From Thalassospira sp. (lineage in GTDB: Bacteria; Pseudomonadota; Alphaproteobacteria; Rhodospirillales; Thalassospiraceae), in the NCBI GenBank assembly GCA_048264285.1, contig JBLXDD010000018.1, forward strand, positions 5,945 to 69,944: a stretch of 64,000 nucleotides of DNA, given 5' to 3'. Made by a program: the position numbers and the translations under genes. Positions 53,407-62,957 of the stretch are shown in pieces (the stretch's first letter is position 1; every line of letters starts with the position of its first letter). The notes below the pieces were generated by a model. That model had not been told where the DNA came from and ran no database searches. It saw only the letters and a program-made list of their open reading frames with translations.

Positions 53407-55632
53407 ATGGCATCACGTCCGGGGAAAAATCAAAACAGTTCAAAACTGGCAAATGTTTTGCAGGACGGTGTTGCCCTTCAACGTGCCGGGCAGGTCACCA
53501 AAGCATTGCAGCTTTATAAAAAAATGCTCAAGACCGCACCGAACCAACCGGATCTCCTGCATCTTATGGGGCTGTGTTATCATCAGCAAAAGAACTATGC
53601 CAAAGCAGCCAATCTGATCGAAAAATCCTTATCGTTTGCGCCAAACAACCCTGTTGTGCACAATAATTTAGGCGTCGCTCTATATGCGTTAGGCAAACAA
53701 CAAAAGGCTGAAAACCAATATAGAGAGGCCATAAAACTTCAACCATCCTATGCAGAGGCCCATAAAAATCTGGCCTCTTTGCTGTGTAACCGGCAGGATT
53801 TTGAAAAAGCTATTTCGCACTATCAAATAGCAGTTCAAAATGCCCCGCAACATTTCAACACACGCGTAGAATTTGGCAAGGCACTCGTTTCCCTGGGCCG
53901 GCCGAGCGAAGCATTAAAGCAATATGAAGTTGCCTTAAAACTTAACCCCCGCGACGCAGATCTGCTCACAGATGTTGCAATCGCACTGAAAAGTCTGGGA
54001 AGAACCAATGCCGCTCTTCCTTATCATCTTCAGGCAATGAAGCTTTCTATGGGGGAAAACCGGCATTTATTTGCCTTTGCCAACACCATCAGCGGTCAAA
54101 GCCTTCAAACTCGCAGTGACGAGTTGGACCAGATGTTGCTTACCCTTCTTGAATGCAGGCAAGTAAATCCGGCTGGTGTTTTGTCACCTGCCCTGTCTTC
54201 TTTGATGCTGCAAGATGGTTTCCGGACCGTCATCGAACGTCTCTCGTCTCGGGAAACGGCATCGGAACCAGTTACGAATGGCGAACTGGAATTATTGGCC
54301 GGGAACGCGCTGTTTCTAAAGACGCTCGAAATGCTGCCTTTGGCACGCGAAGAATTTGAATTGGCCCTTTCGCGCGTGCGCCATGATCTCCTGCTCTCGC
54401 CAACACCGCACGATCAGAAGATAATTCGTTTTGTCGCGGCATTGGCGTCTCAGTGCTTTAACAACGAATATGCGTATTTCGTCACACCACAAGAACAGCA
54501 GGCACTGACAGAACGGGAAGACCAGATCAAAGCAGCTATTGGTGACCAAAAGATTGTAGACCCGTTCGATCTTGTTTTGCTTGCTTGTTATAAACCGCTT
54601 TTCATGTGCGATTTTCGATCGGCACTTGTCGAAATGCATTGGCCCGAAGAATTGGGCCCCGTCATCGAACGCCAACTTCACGAACCAATCGAAGAACTTG
54701 AACTACGCGCTACCATTTCGGGAATCACCAAGATCGAGGACACAGTTTCCCAGCAAGTTCGGGCTCAATATGAAGACAACCCGTACCCGAGGTGGATCTA
54801 TACAGGCATTCCCCGCGAAAGCCGCAAAATTGGTGATTTCCTGAGTTCCTATCCTTTGCAGTTTGACCTTGGCGATTATGAAACGCCCAATAGGCCGGAC
54901 GTATTGGTAGCAGGTTGTGGCACGGGGCAGCACAGCCTTCAAACGGCAACACGCTTTAGCAATACCAGGGTCCTTGCCATTGACCTTAGTTTGGCAAGCC
55001 TTGCCTATGCGAAACGGCAAACGCAGAAACTTGGCGTTAAAAATATTGAATTCAGACACGCAGATATTCTTGAACTGGGCGCACTGGACAAGAAATTCGA
55101 TTTGATCGAATGCGCAGGCGTTTTACACCATTTAAAGGACCCGATAGCCGGATGGCGTGTTCTTTACGACTTGCTGAAACCGGGCGGTTTGATGAAAATT
55201 GGCCTCTATAGCGAGATCGCGCGCCAAGATATTGTTGAAGCGCGTAAATACATCGCGGCAAAGGGCTACTCTGGAAATACCGATGACATTCGTGCTTGCC
55301 GTCATGAAATTTTGACAGGGAACACTGACCTTCCGATACAACTCAAAAAACGTTCGGATTTCTATAGCTTAAGCGCATGCCGGGATCTGATTTTCCATAT
55401 TCAGGAACACCGTTTCACACTTCCTCAGATCGAAAGTATTCTCGACGAATTGGGCTTGGAATTCATCGATTTCGAAATTCAGGCACCCCACCATTTCACA
55501 GCCAAACAGGCCGAGATCAATAAGACAGTGGGCAACACGCGCCTGAAACTCTGGCATGAATATGAAACAGAGTTTCCGAGCACTTTCTCAAACATGTATC
55601 AATTCTGGTGCCGGAAACCAAAGACCGCGTAA
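53407..55632 (+). CDS. TPR-repeat protein fused to a class I SAM-dependent methyltransferase
   Basis: 741 aa. About 6 N-terminal TPR units (e.g. AEAHKNLASLLCNRQDFEKAISHYQIAV), a central helical region, the motif QYEDNPYPRW, then a methyltransferase domain (VLVAGCGTGQHSL; LIECAGVLHHL; LKPGGLM). Confidence 0.75.
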   Translation: MASRPGKNQNSSKLANVLQDGVALQRAGQVTKALQLYKKMLKTAPNQPDLLHLMGLCYHQQKNYAKAANLIEKSLSFAPNNPVVHNNLGVALYALGKQQKAENQYREAIKLQPSYAEAHKNLASLLCNRQDFEKAISHYQIAVQNAPQHFNTRVEFGKALVSLGRPSEALKQYEVALKLNPRDADLLTDVAIALKSLGRTNAALPYHLQAMKLSMGENRHLFAFANTISGQSLQTRSDELDQMLLTLLECRQVNPAGVLSPALSSLMLQDGFRTVIERLSSRETASEPVTNGELELLAGNALFLKTLEMLPLAREEFELALSRVRHDLLLSPTPHDQKIIRFVAALASQCFNNEYAYFVTPQEQQALTEREDQIKAAIGDQKIVDPFDLVLLACYKPLFMCDFRSALVEMHWPEELGPVIERQLHEPIEELELRATISGITKIEDTVSQQVRAQYEDNPYPRWIYTGIPRESRKIGDFLSSYPLQFDLGDYETPNRPDVLVAGCGTGQHSLQTATRFSNTRVLAIDLSLASLAYAKRQTQKLGVKNIEFRHADILELGALDKKFDLIECAGVLHHLKDPIAGWRVLYDLLKPGGLMKIGLYSEIARQDIVEARKYIAAKGYSGNTDDIRACRHEILTGNTDLPIQLKKRSDFYSLSACRDLIFHIQEHRFTLPQIESILDELGLEFIDFEIQAPHHFTAKQAEINKTVGNTRLKLWHEYETEFPSTFSNMYQFWCRKPKTA

Positions 55633-55635
55633 CCG

Positions 55636-56349
55636 CTACTCGACAAGCAATTGTACGCGATCACTGGAAAACGCTGTCAGACCATATTCAATCGGGGCAC
55701 CAGCAGAATCGACATCGATACTCTCTGTCGAGATGACCGGTCGGTTCTTTGCCTGTTTAAGCAAGCTTGCCACCCGCGAGCTTGGCAACGCTGCCGAAAT
55801 GCGTGTGGTTTTTCGGGTATAATCCTCGATACCAAAACGCTTGAAGGCCTCGGTCAGCGACTTGGTTTCCATGAAAATCTCGACAATGCCGTCAAATCGG
55901 CCCGCTGGCAGGTAACTTGTTGCGACGGCAAGCGGCACGCCATCGGCCTCGGAAACCGAGAAAAGCTCAATCACGCGCGTGCCGGGTTTGACATCCAGAA
56001 ACTGCGCAACCGTCGCGTTGGCCTTGAGCACCTCTGACGAAATCAAACGTTTGTCGGGCAAGCGATGCCGCCCTGTAACAATCTGTGAAAACCGCGTTTT
56101 CGATCCCAGCGGATAATCAAGGATCTGTTCCTGAACAAATGCCCCGCGCCCCTGTTCTACCCGGACAACATTGGAATCGACAAGGGCGGCCATGGCACGT
56201 CGTACTGTATGGCGGTTAACCCCGAACCGACGGACCAATTCCATCTCGGTCGGCATCTTGTCACCGGGCGAAAATACGCCATCGGAAATATCACCAAGAA
56301 GCTTTTTTTCGATTTGCTTCCAGATAGATAAACCCGGTTCCCAATCCAT
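55636..56349 (-). CDS. phnF: phosphonate-metabolism transcriptional regulator PhnF (GntR/HutC family)
   Basis: N-terminal wHTH (GDKMPTEMELVRRFGVNRHTVRRAMAAL) plus a UTRA domain. Divergent from phnG. Confidence 0.85.
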   Translation of the reverse strand: MDWEPGLSIWKQIEKKLLGDISDGVFSPGDKMPTEMELVRRFGVNRHTVRRAMAALVDSNVVRVEQGRGAFVQEQILDYPLGSKTRFSQIVTGRHRLPDKRLISSEVLKANATVAQFLDVKPGTRVIELFSVSEADGVPLAVATSYLPAGRFDGIVEIFMETKSLTEAFKRFGIEDYTRKTTRISAALPSSRVASLLKQAKNRPVISTESIDVDSAGAPIEYGLTAFSSDRVQLLVE

Positions 56350-56426
56350 TGCATCCCCCGTTCATAAAACTTTCACCGCAAGACCTTTGCCAACAGTGTC
56401 AGATCGTCTTATAACGTCAATAGGTA

Positions 56427-56458
56427 TAGACGTCTAGACAAATTTTGAATTTGTCGAC
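56427..56458. promoter_or_regulatory. cluster of overlapping palindromes in the phnF-phnG intergenic region (candidate PhnF operator)
   Basis: TAGACGTCTA (56427-56436), GTCTAGAC (56432-56439), GACAAATT-ttg-AATTTGTC (56437-56455), GTCGAC (56453-56458). GTCTAGAC fits the HutC-type GT-n-TA-n-AC core. Confidence 0.45.
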
Positions 56459-56482
56459 ATAAGTTGAAAAGGGATCAATTTG

Positions 56483-56983
56483 ATGACGGCGCACCCCGCC
56501 CCGAATGTCCGGACTGATCAGGATCGGAACGCAGACACCCCCGCCGATCCGCAAATAACCGCACGTCAGAAATGGATGGCCGTTCTGGCCCGCACATCGC
56601 GTGCCCGACTTGAAGCCGAATGGTCCGAAAACCACGGCGCGGAAAGCTGGAACCATCTGCGCGAACCGCAGATTGGCATGGTCATGGTACGTGGCCGCGC
56701 CGGCGGTGCCGGGCAGCGGTTCAATCTGGGTGAAATGACGGTAACACGTTGCGCCGTCACGCTGTCTGACGGGACGGTCGGGCATTCTTACGTCAAAGGA
56801 CGCGACCGCGTTCAGGCGCAATATGCCGCCCTGTTTGATGCGGTGATGCTGCGCGATGGATCGGCCAGCGATTTCATCGACACCTTGGCCGCCGAGCAAG
56901 CAGCAGAAAAGCGTGACCACGCGCGCAAGGTTGCCGCCACCAAAGTTGATTTCTTCACCCTTGTCCGCGGAGAAGACGAATGA
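56483..56983 (+). CDS. phnG: C-P lyase component PhnG
   Basis: Size, position and the pattern (RQKWMAVLA..., VMVRGRAGG.G..FNLGEMTVTRC) fit PhnG. ATG at 56483. Confidence 0.85.
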   Translation: MTAHPAPNVRTDQDRNADTPADPQITARQKWMAVLARTSRARLEAEWSENHGAESWNHLREPQIGMVMVRGRAGGAGQRFNLGEMTVTRCAVTLSDGTVGHSYVKGRDRVQAQYAALFDAVMLRDGSASDFIDTLAAEQAAEKRDHARKVAATKVDFFTLVRGEDE

Positions 56984-57603
56984 CGCCCCAAACCCAATCT
57001 GCAACCGCCCAGACAAGTGACTTGCTGCCCGGTTTTGACCATGCGGCCTTTGATTCAAATGCGGTGTTTCGCGCCCTGCTCGATGCGATGTCGCGCCCCG
57101 GTCGCATTTATGACCTTCCGGTCAGTGTTTCCGCCCCCGATGGCCTGAGCCAAGCCACCACCGCAACACTTCTTGCCATGGCCGATATGGATACCACGGT
57201 CTGGCTATCCCCAAATTGCGCCACGAAGGCCGCCGGTGATCATTTGAAATTCCATTGTGGCTGCCCGATCAGCACGGATGTCAAACAGGCCGATTTTGCG
57301 GTTGCCGGTATTTCCGATGATCTGTCCTTTGTCACCGATCTTGCCGTTGGCAATGCGGAATATCCGGATCAATCCGCAACCCTGATCCTGATGGTTGGTG
57401 AAATTTCCGACGCACCCGCCATGACGCTGACAGGTCCAGGCATCAAGGATACCCATAGCCTTGCGATCAAGGATCTGCCGCAAAGCTTCCATGCTTGGCG
57501 GGCAGAAAATCATCACCTGTTTCCATGCGGTGTTGATGTGATTTTCGCAAGCGAAACACAGATTGCCGCCTTGTCACGCACCACCCGGATCGAGGTCAAT
57601 TAA
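56980..57603 (+). CDS. phnH: C-P lyase component PhnH
   Basis: FDSNAVFRALLDAMSRPGR near the N-terminus. ATGA overlap with phnG. Confidence 0.85.
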   Translation: MTPQTQSATAQTSDLLPGFDHAAFDSNAVFRALLDAMSRPGRIYDLPVSVSAPDGLSQATTATLLAMADMDTTVWLSPNCATKAAGDHLKFHCGCPISTDVKQADFAVAGISDDLSFVTDLAVGNAEYPDQSATLILMVGEISDAPAMTLTGPGIKDTHSLAIKDLPQSFHAWRAENHHLFPCGVDVIFASETQIAALSRTTRIEVN

Positions 57604-57605
57604 TT

Positions 57606-58739
57606 ATGTATGTTGCGGTAAAAGGTGGCGAACGCGCCATCAATAATGCTCATAAACTTCTGGCCGAACAACGCCGGGGCGATACCGACATTGCCGAGAT
57701 CGAAACAGATCAGATCGAACAGCAATTGTCGCTTTCCGTTACCCGTGTCATGGCCGAAGGGTCGCTTTATGACCGTGATCTGGCTGCCCTTGCCATTAAA
57801 CAGGCGCGTGGTGATTTGATCGAGGCGATCTTTTTGATGCGGGCCTATCGCACGACGCTGCCGCGTTTTGCCTTTTCCAAGCCGATTAAAACCGCCGAAA
57901 TGGATATATCACGCCGCATTTCCGCAACCTTCAAGGACCTGCCTGGCGGGCAGATTTTGGGTCCAACCTTTGACTATACCCACCGTTTGCTTGACTTCAC
58001 CCTGATGGCCAATGGTGAAGCCGCAGCCGACGCGCCACGCGGTGAACAGCCGGTCGATGAAAACATGCCGCGCGTTCTCGATGACATCCTGAACTATGAG
58101 GGCCTTATTCAGGACGAACCCACCCCGGTTGATGAAAACGCCCCGGTCGCCGATCTGACCCGTGAACCCGTCAAATTCCCGGCCGGACGTGACTTGCGCC
58201 TGCAAAACCTGTCACGCGGGGATGAGGGATTTGTTCTGGCACTCGGTTATTCCACCCAGCGCGGCTATGCCAACAGCCACGCCTTTGTCGGTGAAATCCG
58301 CTATGGCACCGTTTCAGTCGAAATCGAACCCGAAGAACTCGGCTTTGCCATTGATATCGGCGACATCGAATTGACCGAATGCGAAACGGTCAACAAGTTC
58401 AAGGGATCAAAAACCAAGCTGCCGCAATTCACCCGTGGTTACGGGCTTGTATTTGGCCAGAACGAACGCAAGGCCATTTCGATGGCCCTGGTGGATCGTG
58501 CCATGCGCGCCACTGAAATGGGCGAACAAATCATGGGCCCGGCGCAAGACAGCGAGTTCGTGATGGAACATAGCGACAATGTCCAGTCCACCGGCTTTGT
58601 CGAACATATCAAGCTGCCACACTATGTCGATTTCCAGGGCGAACTTGAACTGGTGCGTCGCATGCGCGCCGAGGTCGAAGAACGTCTGGCAAAGCATGAT
58701 GCCGAAAACAGCACATCCCAACCCGAGGCCGCGGAGTAA
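57606..58739 (+). CDS. phnI: C-P lyase component PhnI
   Basis: MYVAVKGGERAI.NAH.LL N-terminus. 377 aa. Confidence 0.93.
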   Translation: MYVAVKGGERAINNAHKLLAEQRRGDTDIAEIETDQIEQQLSLSVTRVMAEGSLYDRDLAALAIKQARGDLIEAIFLMRAYRTTLPRFAFSKPIKTAEMDISRRISATFKDLPGGQILGPTFDYTHRLLDFTLMANGEAAADAPRGEQPVDENMPRVLDDILNYEGLIQDEPTPVDENAPVADLTREPVKFPAGRDLRLQNLSRGDEGFVLALGYSTQRGYANSHAFVGEIRYGTVSVEIEPEELGFAIDIGDIELTECETVNKFKGSKTKLPQFTRGYGLVFGQNERKAISMALVDRAMRATEMGEQIMGPAQDSEFVMEHSDNVQSTGFVEHIKLPHYVDFQGELELVRRMRAEVEERLAKHDAENSTSQPEAAE

Positions 58740-58743
58740 TCCC

Positions 58744-59670
58744 ATGGAACAGACTGTTAAAAACCCGGCCAACGGGGCAGCGGACTATAATTTTGCCTAT
58801 CTTGATGAACAAACCAAACGCATGATCCGGCGTGCCTTGCTTAAGGCCGTGGCAATCCCGGGCTATCAGGTACCGTTTGCCGGGCGCGAAATGCCGATGC
58901 CTTATGGTTGGGGCACAGGCGGCGTTCAGGTCACCGCCGCCGTAATCGGCCCGAATGATACGCTTAAGGTCATTGACCAGGGGGCAGATGACACCACCAA
59001 CGCGGTGTCGATCCGTCAGTTCTTTGCCAAAACCGCACAGGTGGCCACCACGGAAAAGACCGCCGAAGCATCTATCATTCAGACCCGCCATCGCATCCCG
59101 GAAAAGGAACTGCGCGAAGATCAGGTGTTGGTCTATCAGGTGCCAATCCCCGAACCGCTTCGCTTCCTTGAGCCCCGCGAAACCGAAACGCGGAAGATGC
59201 ACGCCCTTGAAGAATACGGCCTGATGCATGTGAAGCTTTATGAAGACATCGCCCGTCACGGCCATATTGCGACCACCTATGCCTATCCGGTGATGGTCGA
59301 TGATCGCTATGTGATGGATCCGTCGCCGACGCCCAAGTTCGACAATCCGAAAATGAACGATATGGCAGCCCTACAGCTTTTCGGGGCCGGTCGTGAAAAA
59401 CGCATCTATGCCCTGCCACCTTACACCAAGGTCAAAAGCCTTGATTTCGAAGATCACCCGTTCGAGGTCCAGACATGGGAAGATGAATGCGGCATGTGTG
59501 GTGCGCGCAACAGTTACCTTGATGAAGTCATCCTCGATGATCAGGGCAACCGGATGTTTGTTTGCTCAGACACCGATTATTGCGCCGAACGACAGGAAGC
59601 CGGCCATCGCGGCCCCCAACATCATGACCAGCCACTTGGCAATTCAAAGCACGAAGAGGCAGCAGAATAA
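58744..59670 (+). CDS. phnJ: C-P lyase catalytic subunit PhnJ
   Basis: From ATG 58744: YNFAYLDEQTKRMIRRALLKAVAIPGYQVPFAGREMPMPYGWGTGG. C-terminal Cys cluster CGMCGA...VCSDTDYC. Confidence 0.95.
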   Translation: MEQTVKNPANGAADYNFAYLDEQTKRMIRRALLKAVAIPGYQVPFAGREMPMPYGWGTGGVQVTAAVIGPNDTLKVIDQGADDTTNAVSIRQFFAKTAQVATTEKTAEASIIQTRHRIPEKELREDQVLVYQVPIPEPLRFLEPRETETRKMHALEEYGLMHVKLYEDIARHGHIATTYAYPVMVDDRYVMDPSPTPKFDNPKMNDMAALQLFGAGREKRIYALPPYTKVKSLDFEDHPFEVQTWEDECGMCGARNSYLDEVILDDQGNRMFVCSDTDYCAERQEAGHRGPQHHDQPLGNSKHEEAAE

Positions 59671-60452
59671 TGACCCAGACGAACAAACCGCTTCTGCGTG
59701 TTGATAACCTGACCATGATGTATGGCGACCGGGTGGGCTGCAAGGATGTCAGTTTTGAACTCCGCCCTGGAGAAGTCCTTGGCATCGTTGGGGAATCCGG
59801 ATCGGGCAAATCAACTTTGCTGCGCAGCATTTCTGCACAACAGGAACCGACCAACGGCGTTGTCGAATACCAGACCCGGATTGATGGTGTGCGCGATGTT
59901 TATCAAATGTCCGAAGCCCAGCGCCGCCTTCTGATGCGCACCGACTGGGCCTTTGTACACCAGAACCCGCGTGACGGATTGCGTATGAATGTCAGTGCCG
60001 GGGCCAATATCGGCGAACGTTTGATGGCGATTGGTGATCGTCATTACGGCAACATCCGCAGCAATGCGGACAACTGGCTTGGCAAGGTCGAAATCGCGTC
60101 CGAGCGTTTGGACGACCTGCCATCAACCTTTTCGGGCGGCATGCAGCAACGTTTGCAGATTGCCCGTAACCTCGTAACCAGCCCGCGCCTCGTTTTCATG
60201 GACGAACCCACGGGTGGGCTTGATGTTTCCGTTCAGGCCAGATTGCTCGATCTGCTGCGCGGGCTGGTTCACGATCTTAATCTTGCGGTGATTATCGTTA
60301 CCCACGATCTTGCCGTCGCACGACTTCTTTCGCACCGGCTGATGGTGATGCAACAGGGCAAGGTCATTGAACATGGCCTGACCGATCAGGTTCTTGATGA
60401 CCCGCAGCATCCCTATACCCAGCTGCTTGTTTCTTCCATTTTGCAGAACTGA
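59670..60452 (+). CDS. phnK: C-P lyase system ATP-binding protein PhnK
   Basis: Walker A GESGSGKST, ABC signature FSGGMQQR, Walker B LVFMDEP. 1-nt overlap with the phnJ stop. Confidence 0.9.
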   Translation: MTQTNKPLLRVDNLTMMYGDRVGCKDVSFELRPGEVLGIVGESGSGKSTLLRSISAQQEPTNGVVEYQTRIDGVRDVYQMSEAQRRLLMRTDWAFVHQNPRDGLRMNVSAGANIGERLMAIGDRHYGNIRSNADNWLGKVEIASERLDDLPSTFSGGMQQRLQIARNLVTSPRLVFMDEPTGGLDVSVQARLLDLLRGLVHDLNLAVIIVTHDLAVARLLSHRLMVMQQGKVIEHGLTDQVLDDPQHPYTQLLVSSILQN

Positions 60453-60466
60453 TCGGGGCGAAGAAA

Positions 60467-61171
60467 ATGTCTGAAATGCTTCATGCACAAAACGTCGCCA
60501 AAAGCTTTACCCTGCACACACAGGGCAGCGTGACCATCCCGGTTTTCGAAGGCGTCGAGTTCTTACTTTCGGCTGGCGAATGCATTGCGCTGACCGGTGA
60601 ATCCGGTTCCGGGAAAAGTACCTTCATGCGCATGCTTTATGCCAACTACACGTGCTCAAAGGGATCCATCAAGGTATTCCATGACGGCAACTGGCTAGAT
60701 ATCACCACCGCCAGCCCGCATTCGATCCTTGAGATTCGCAAACGCACGCTGGGATATGTGTCGCAGTTCCTGCGCGTGATCCCGCGTGTCCCGACCCTTG
60801 ATATCGTTGCCGAGCCGCTTGTTGCCCTTGGTACCGATCGTGAAACGGCGATGAACAAGGCACGCGATCTTTTGACGCGCCTGCGCATCCCGGAACGTCT
60901 GTGGCAGCTTTCGCCGCTGACCTTTTCGGGCGGGGAACAACAACGTGTGAACATCGCACGCGGTTTCATCGCCGATTATCCGATCATGCTGCTTGATGAA
61001 CCGACCGCATCGCTTGACGCCCAAAATCGTGCCACTGTTTTGACGTTGATCGAAGAAGCCAAAAGCCGTGGTGCGGCCATTGCCGGTATTTTCCACGACC
61101 ATGAAACCCGCGATGCAGTCTGCACCGGGTCGTTTGATGTGACTTCCTTTAAAGTTGGGGCCAATGACTGA
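60467..61171 (+). CDS. phnL: C-P lyase system ATP-binding protein PhnL
   Basis: Walker A GESGSGKST, FSGGEQQR, MLLDEP. Position after phnK. Confidence 0.9.
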   Translation: MSEMLHAQNVAKSFTLHTQGSVTIPVFEGVEFLLSAGECIALTGESGSGKSTFMRMLYANYTCSKGSIKVFHDGNWLDITTASPHSILEIRKRTLGYVSQFLRVIPRVPTLDIVAEPLVALGTDRETAMNKARDLLTRLRIPERLWQLSPLTFSGGEQQRVNIARGFIADYPIMLLDEPTASLDAQNRATVLTLIEEAKSRGAAIAGIFHDHETRDAVCTGSFDVTSFKVGAND

Positions 61172-62306
61172 ACAGATTTTCACCAATGCCAAACTGGTTC
61201 TGGCAAACGAAGTCATCGAGGGGGCCGTGCAGGTCAAGGATGGCGTGATCACCGATATTTCGGATCGCGCGTCGAACCTTCCGGGGGCAGAGGATATGGA
61301 CGGCGATTACCTGATGCCGGGCCTTGTCGAACTGCATACCGACAATCTCGACAAACATCTGACCCCACGCCCCAAAACCCGCTGGCCGGCCACCGCCGCC
61401 GTTGTCGCCCATGACAATCAGGTCGCCAGTGCCGGGATCACCACCGTGTTTGATGCAATCTCGATCGGGGATGTTCATGACGGATCAGAACGCATTTCCA
61501 GACTGATTGAATCGGTCAATGCCCTTGAACATGCGTTGGAAAATGCCCTGCTGCGCGCGGACCACAAACTCCATCTGCGCTGCGAAACGTCCTATCCGGG
61601 CATGATCGAAGCACTCGATGAACTGATTGACCTGCCATTGGTCAGCATGCTCTCGGTGATGGATCACACGCCGGGGCAGCGCCAGTTCGTCAGTCTTGAT
61701 GCCTATTATACCTACTATCAGGGAAAATACGGCCTAAGCGACGAGGAAATGCGCAAGTTTATTGCCACCCGACGTCGTGATGCGGAACTCTATTCGGAAA
61801 AACATCGTCGTCATGTGGTTAAACAGGCCCATGCCAAGTGCCTTGCCCTTGCCAGCCATGATGATGCCACCGATGCCCACGTGGCAGAGGCCGTTGCAGA
61901 CAAAATGACCGTGGCCGAATTCCCGACCACCATTGAAGCGGCCAAGGCATCGCATGAAGGCGGACTTGGTGTGATGATGGGCGGGCCGAACCTTGTACGC
62001 GGCGGATCACATAGCGGAAATGTTGCCGCCGGTGATTTGGCAAAGCACGGCTATCTCGACATCATTTCAAGCGATTATGTCCCCCATAGTTTGCTGCACG
62101 GGGCAATGAAACTGTTTGAGGAGTTTGACGGCTATGACCTGCCGCGCGCCATTCGCACGGTCTCCCTGACCCCGGCCACACAGGTCGGCCTTCATGATCG
62201 CGGCCAGATCGCGGTTGGCAAACGCGGCGACCTGATCCGGGTGCATCATTCCCCCCACCACCCGATTGTGCGCGGTGTCTGGCGCGAAGGTGTGCGGGTG
62301 TCATGA
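61164..62306 (+). CDS. phnM: alpha-D-ribose 1-methylphosphonate 5-triphosphate diphosphatase PhnM
   Basis: Amidohydrolase fold (GLVELHTDNL, ASHDD, SSDY). ATG at 61164 (the track start 61155 is TTG). Confidence 0.9.
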   Translation: MTEQIFTNAKLVLANEVIEGAVQVKDGVITDISDRASNLPGAEDMDGDYLMPGLVELHTDNLDKHLTPRPKTRWPATAAVVAHDNQVASAGITTVFDAISIGDVHDGSERISRLIESVNALEHALENALLRADHKLHLRCETSYPGMIEALDELIDLPLVSMLSVMDHTPGQRQFVSLDAYYTYYQGKYGLSDEEMRKFIATRRRDAELYSEKHRRHVVKQAHAKCLALASHDDATDAHVAEAVADKMTVAEFPTTIEAAKASHEGGLGVMMGGPNLVRGGSHSGNVAAGDLAKHGYLDIISSDYVPHSLLHGAMKLFEEFDGYDLPRAIRTVSLTPATQVGLHDRGQIAVGKRGDLIRVHHSPHHPIVRGVWREGVRVS

Positions 62307-62908
62307 CGGGGGATCCTGCCCATGGCAGCACTTCGGAATATGGACTTTTGATCCTTGTCGTCGGCCCCAGCGGCGTCGGCAAGGACACCCTTCTGGATGC
62401 AGCACGGGAAAGACTGGCCCAGGACAAGCGGTTCTGTTTTCCACGGCGCTGCATCACCCGCCCGACCGGGGCGGTTGGCGAAATACATATTCCCGTCCGC
62501 CCCGACGATTTCGGGCAAATGGCACGTCAAGGCGCCTTCCTGCTCAGTTGGAAGGCGCATGATCTTGGCTACGGTATTCCGCGCCATGTTCTTGATGAAA
62601 TCGAGGCGGGCAAAACCGTGATCGTCAATGTATCGCGCAGTGTGATTGACGATGCCTATACCCTTGTTGGCAAAAAGAATGTCCGGGTTATCGGCATCCG
62701 TGCAAGCAACGAGGTTTTGCGCAAAAGGCTCGAAGCCCGGGGGCGTGAAGATGCCCATGATATCGAACGCCGCCTGGCACGTGCATCTGCCTATCAGGTC
62801 GCAGGCGATCAGGTTGTTCATGTTGATAACGACGCCGATCTTGAAACCGGCATTGCCCGTTTCATCCACGCAATTAAAATGCCCCAGCCAATTGCAAACC
62901 GCGCCTGA
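62303..62908 (+). CDS. phnN: ribose 1,5-bisphosphate phosphokinase PhnN
   Basis: P-loop VVGPSGVGKDTLL. 201 aa. ATGA overlap with phnM. Confidence 0.85.
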   Translation: MTGDPAHGSTSEYGLLILVVGPSGVGKDTLLDAARERLAQDKRFCFPRRCITRPTGAVGEIHIPVRPDDFGQMARQGAFLLSWKAHDLGYGIPRHVLDEIEAGKTVIVNVSRSVIDDAYTLVGKKNVRVIGIRASNEVLRKRLEARGREDAHDIERRLARASAYQVAGDQVVHVDNDADLETGIARFIHAIKMPQPIANRA

Positions 62909-62925
62909 GACAGCTTGAATCACCC

Positions 62926-62957
62926 AAAATGCTGCACCTTAAAAGCGCAGCATTTTT
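62926..62957. terminator. bidirectional hairpin between phnN and the convergent DUF1045 gene
   Basis: 10-bp stem aaaatgctgc/gcagcatttt with an 11-nt loop. It overlaps the stop codon of the minus-strand gene. Confidence 0.55.
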
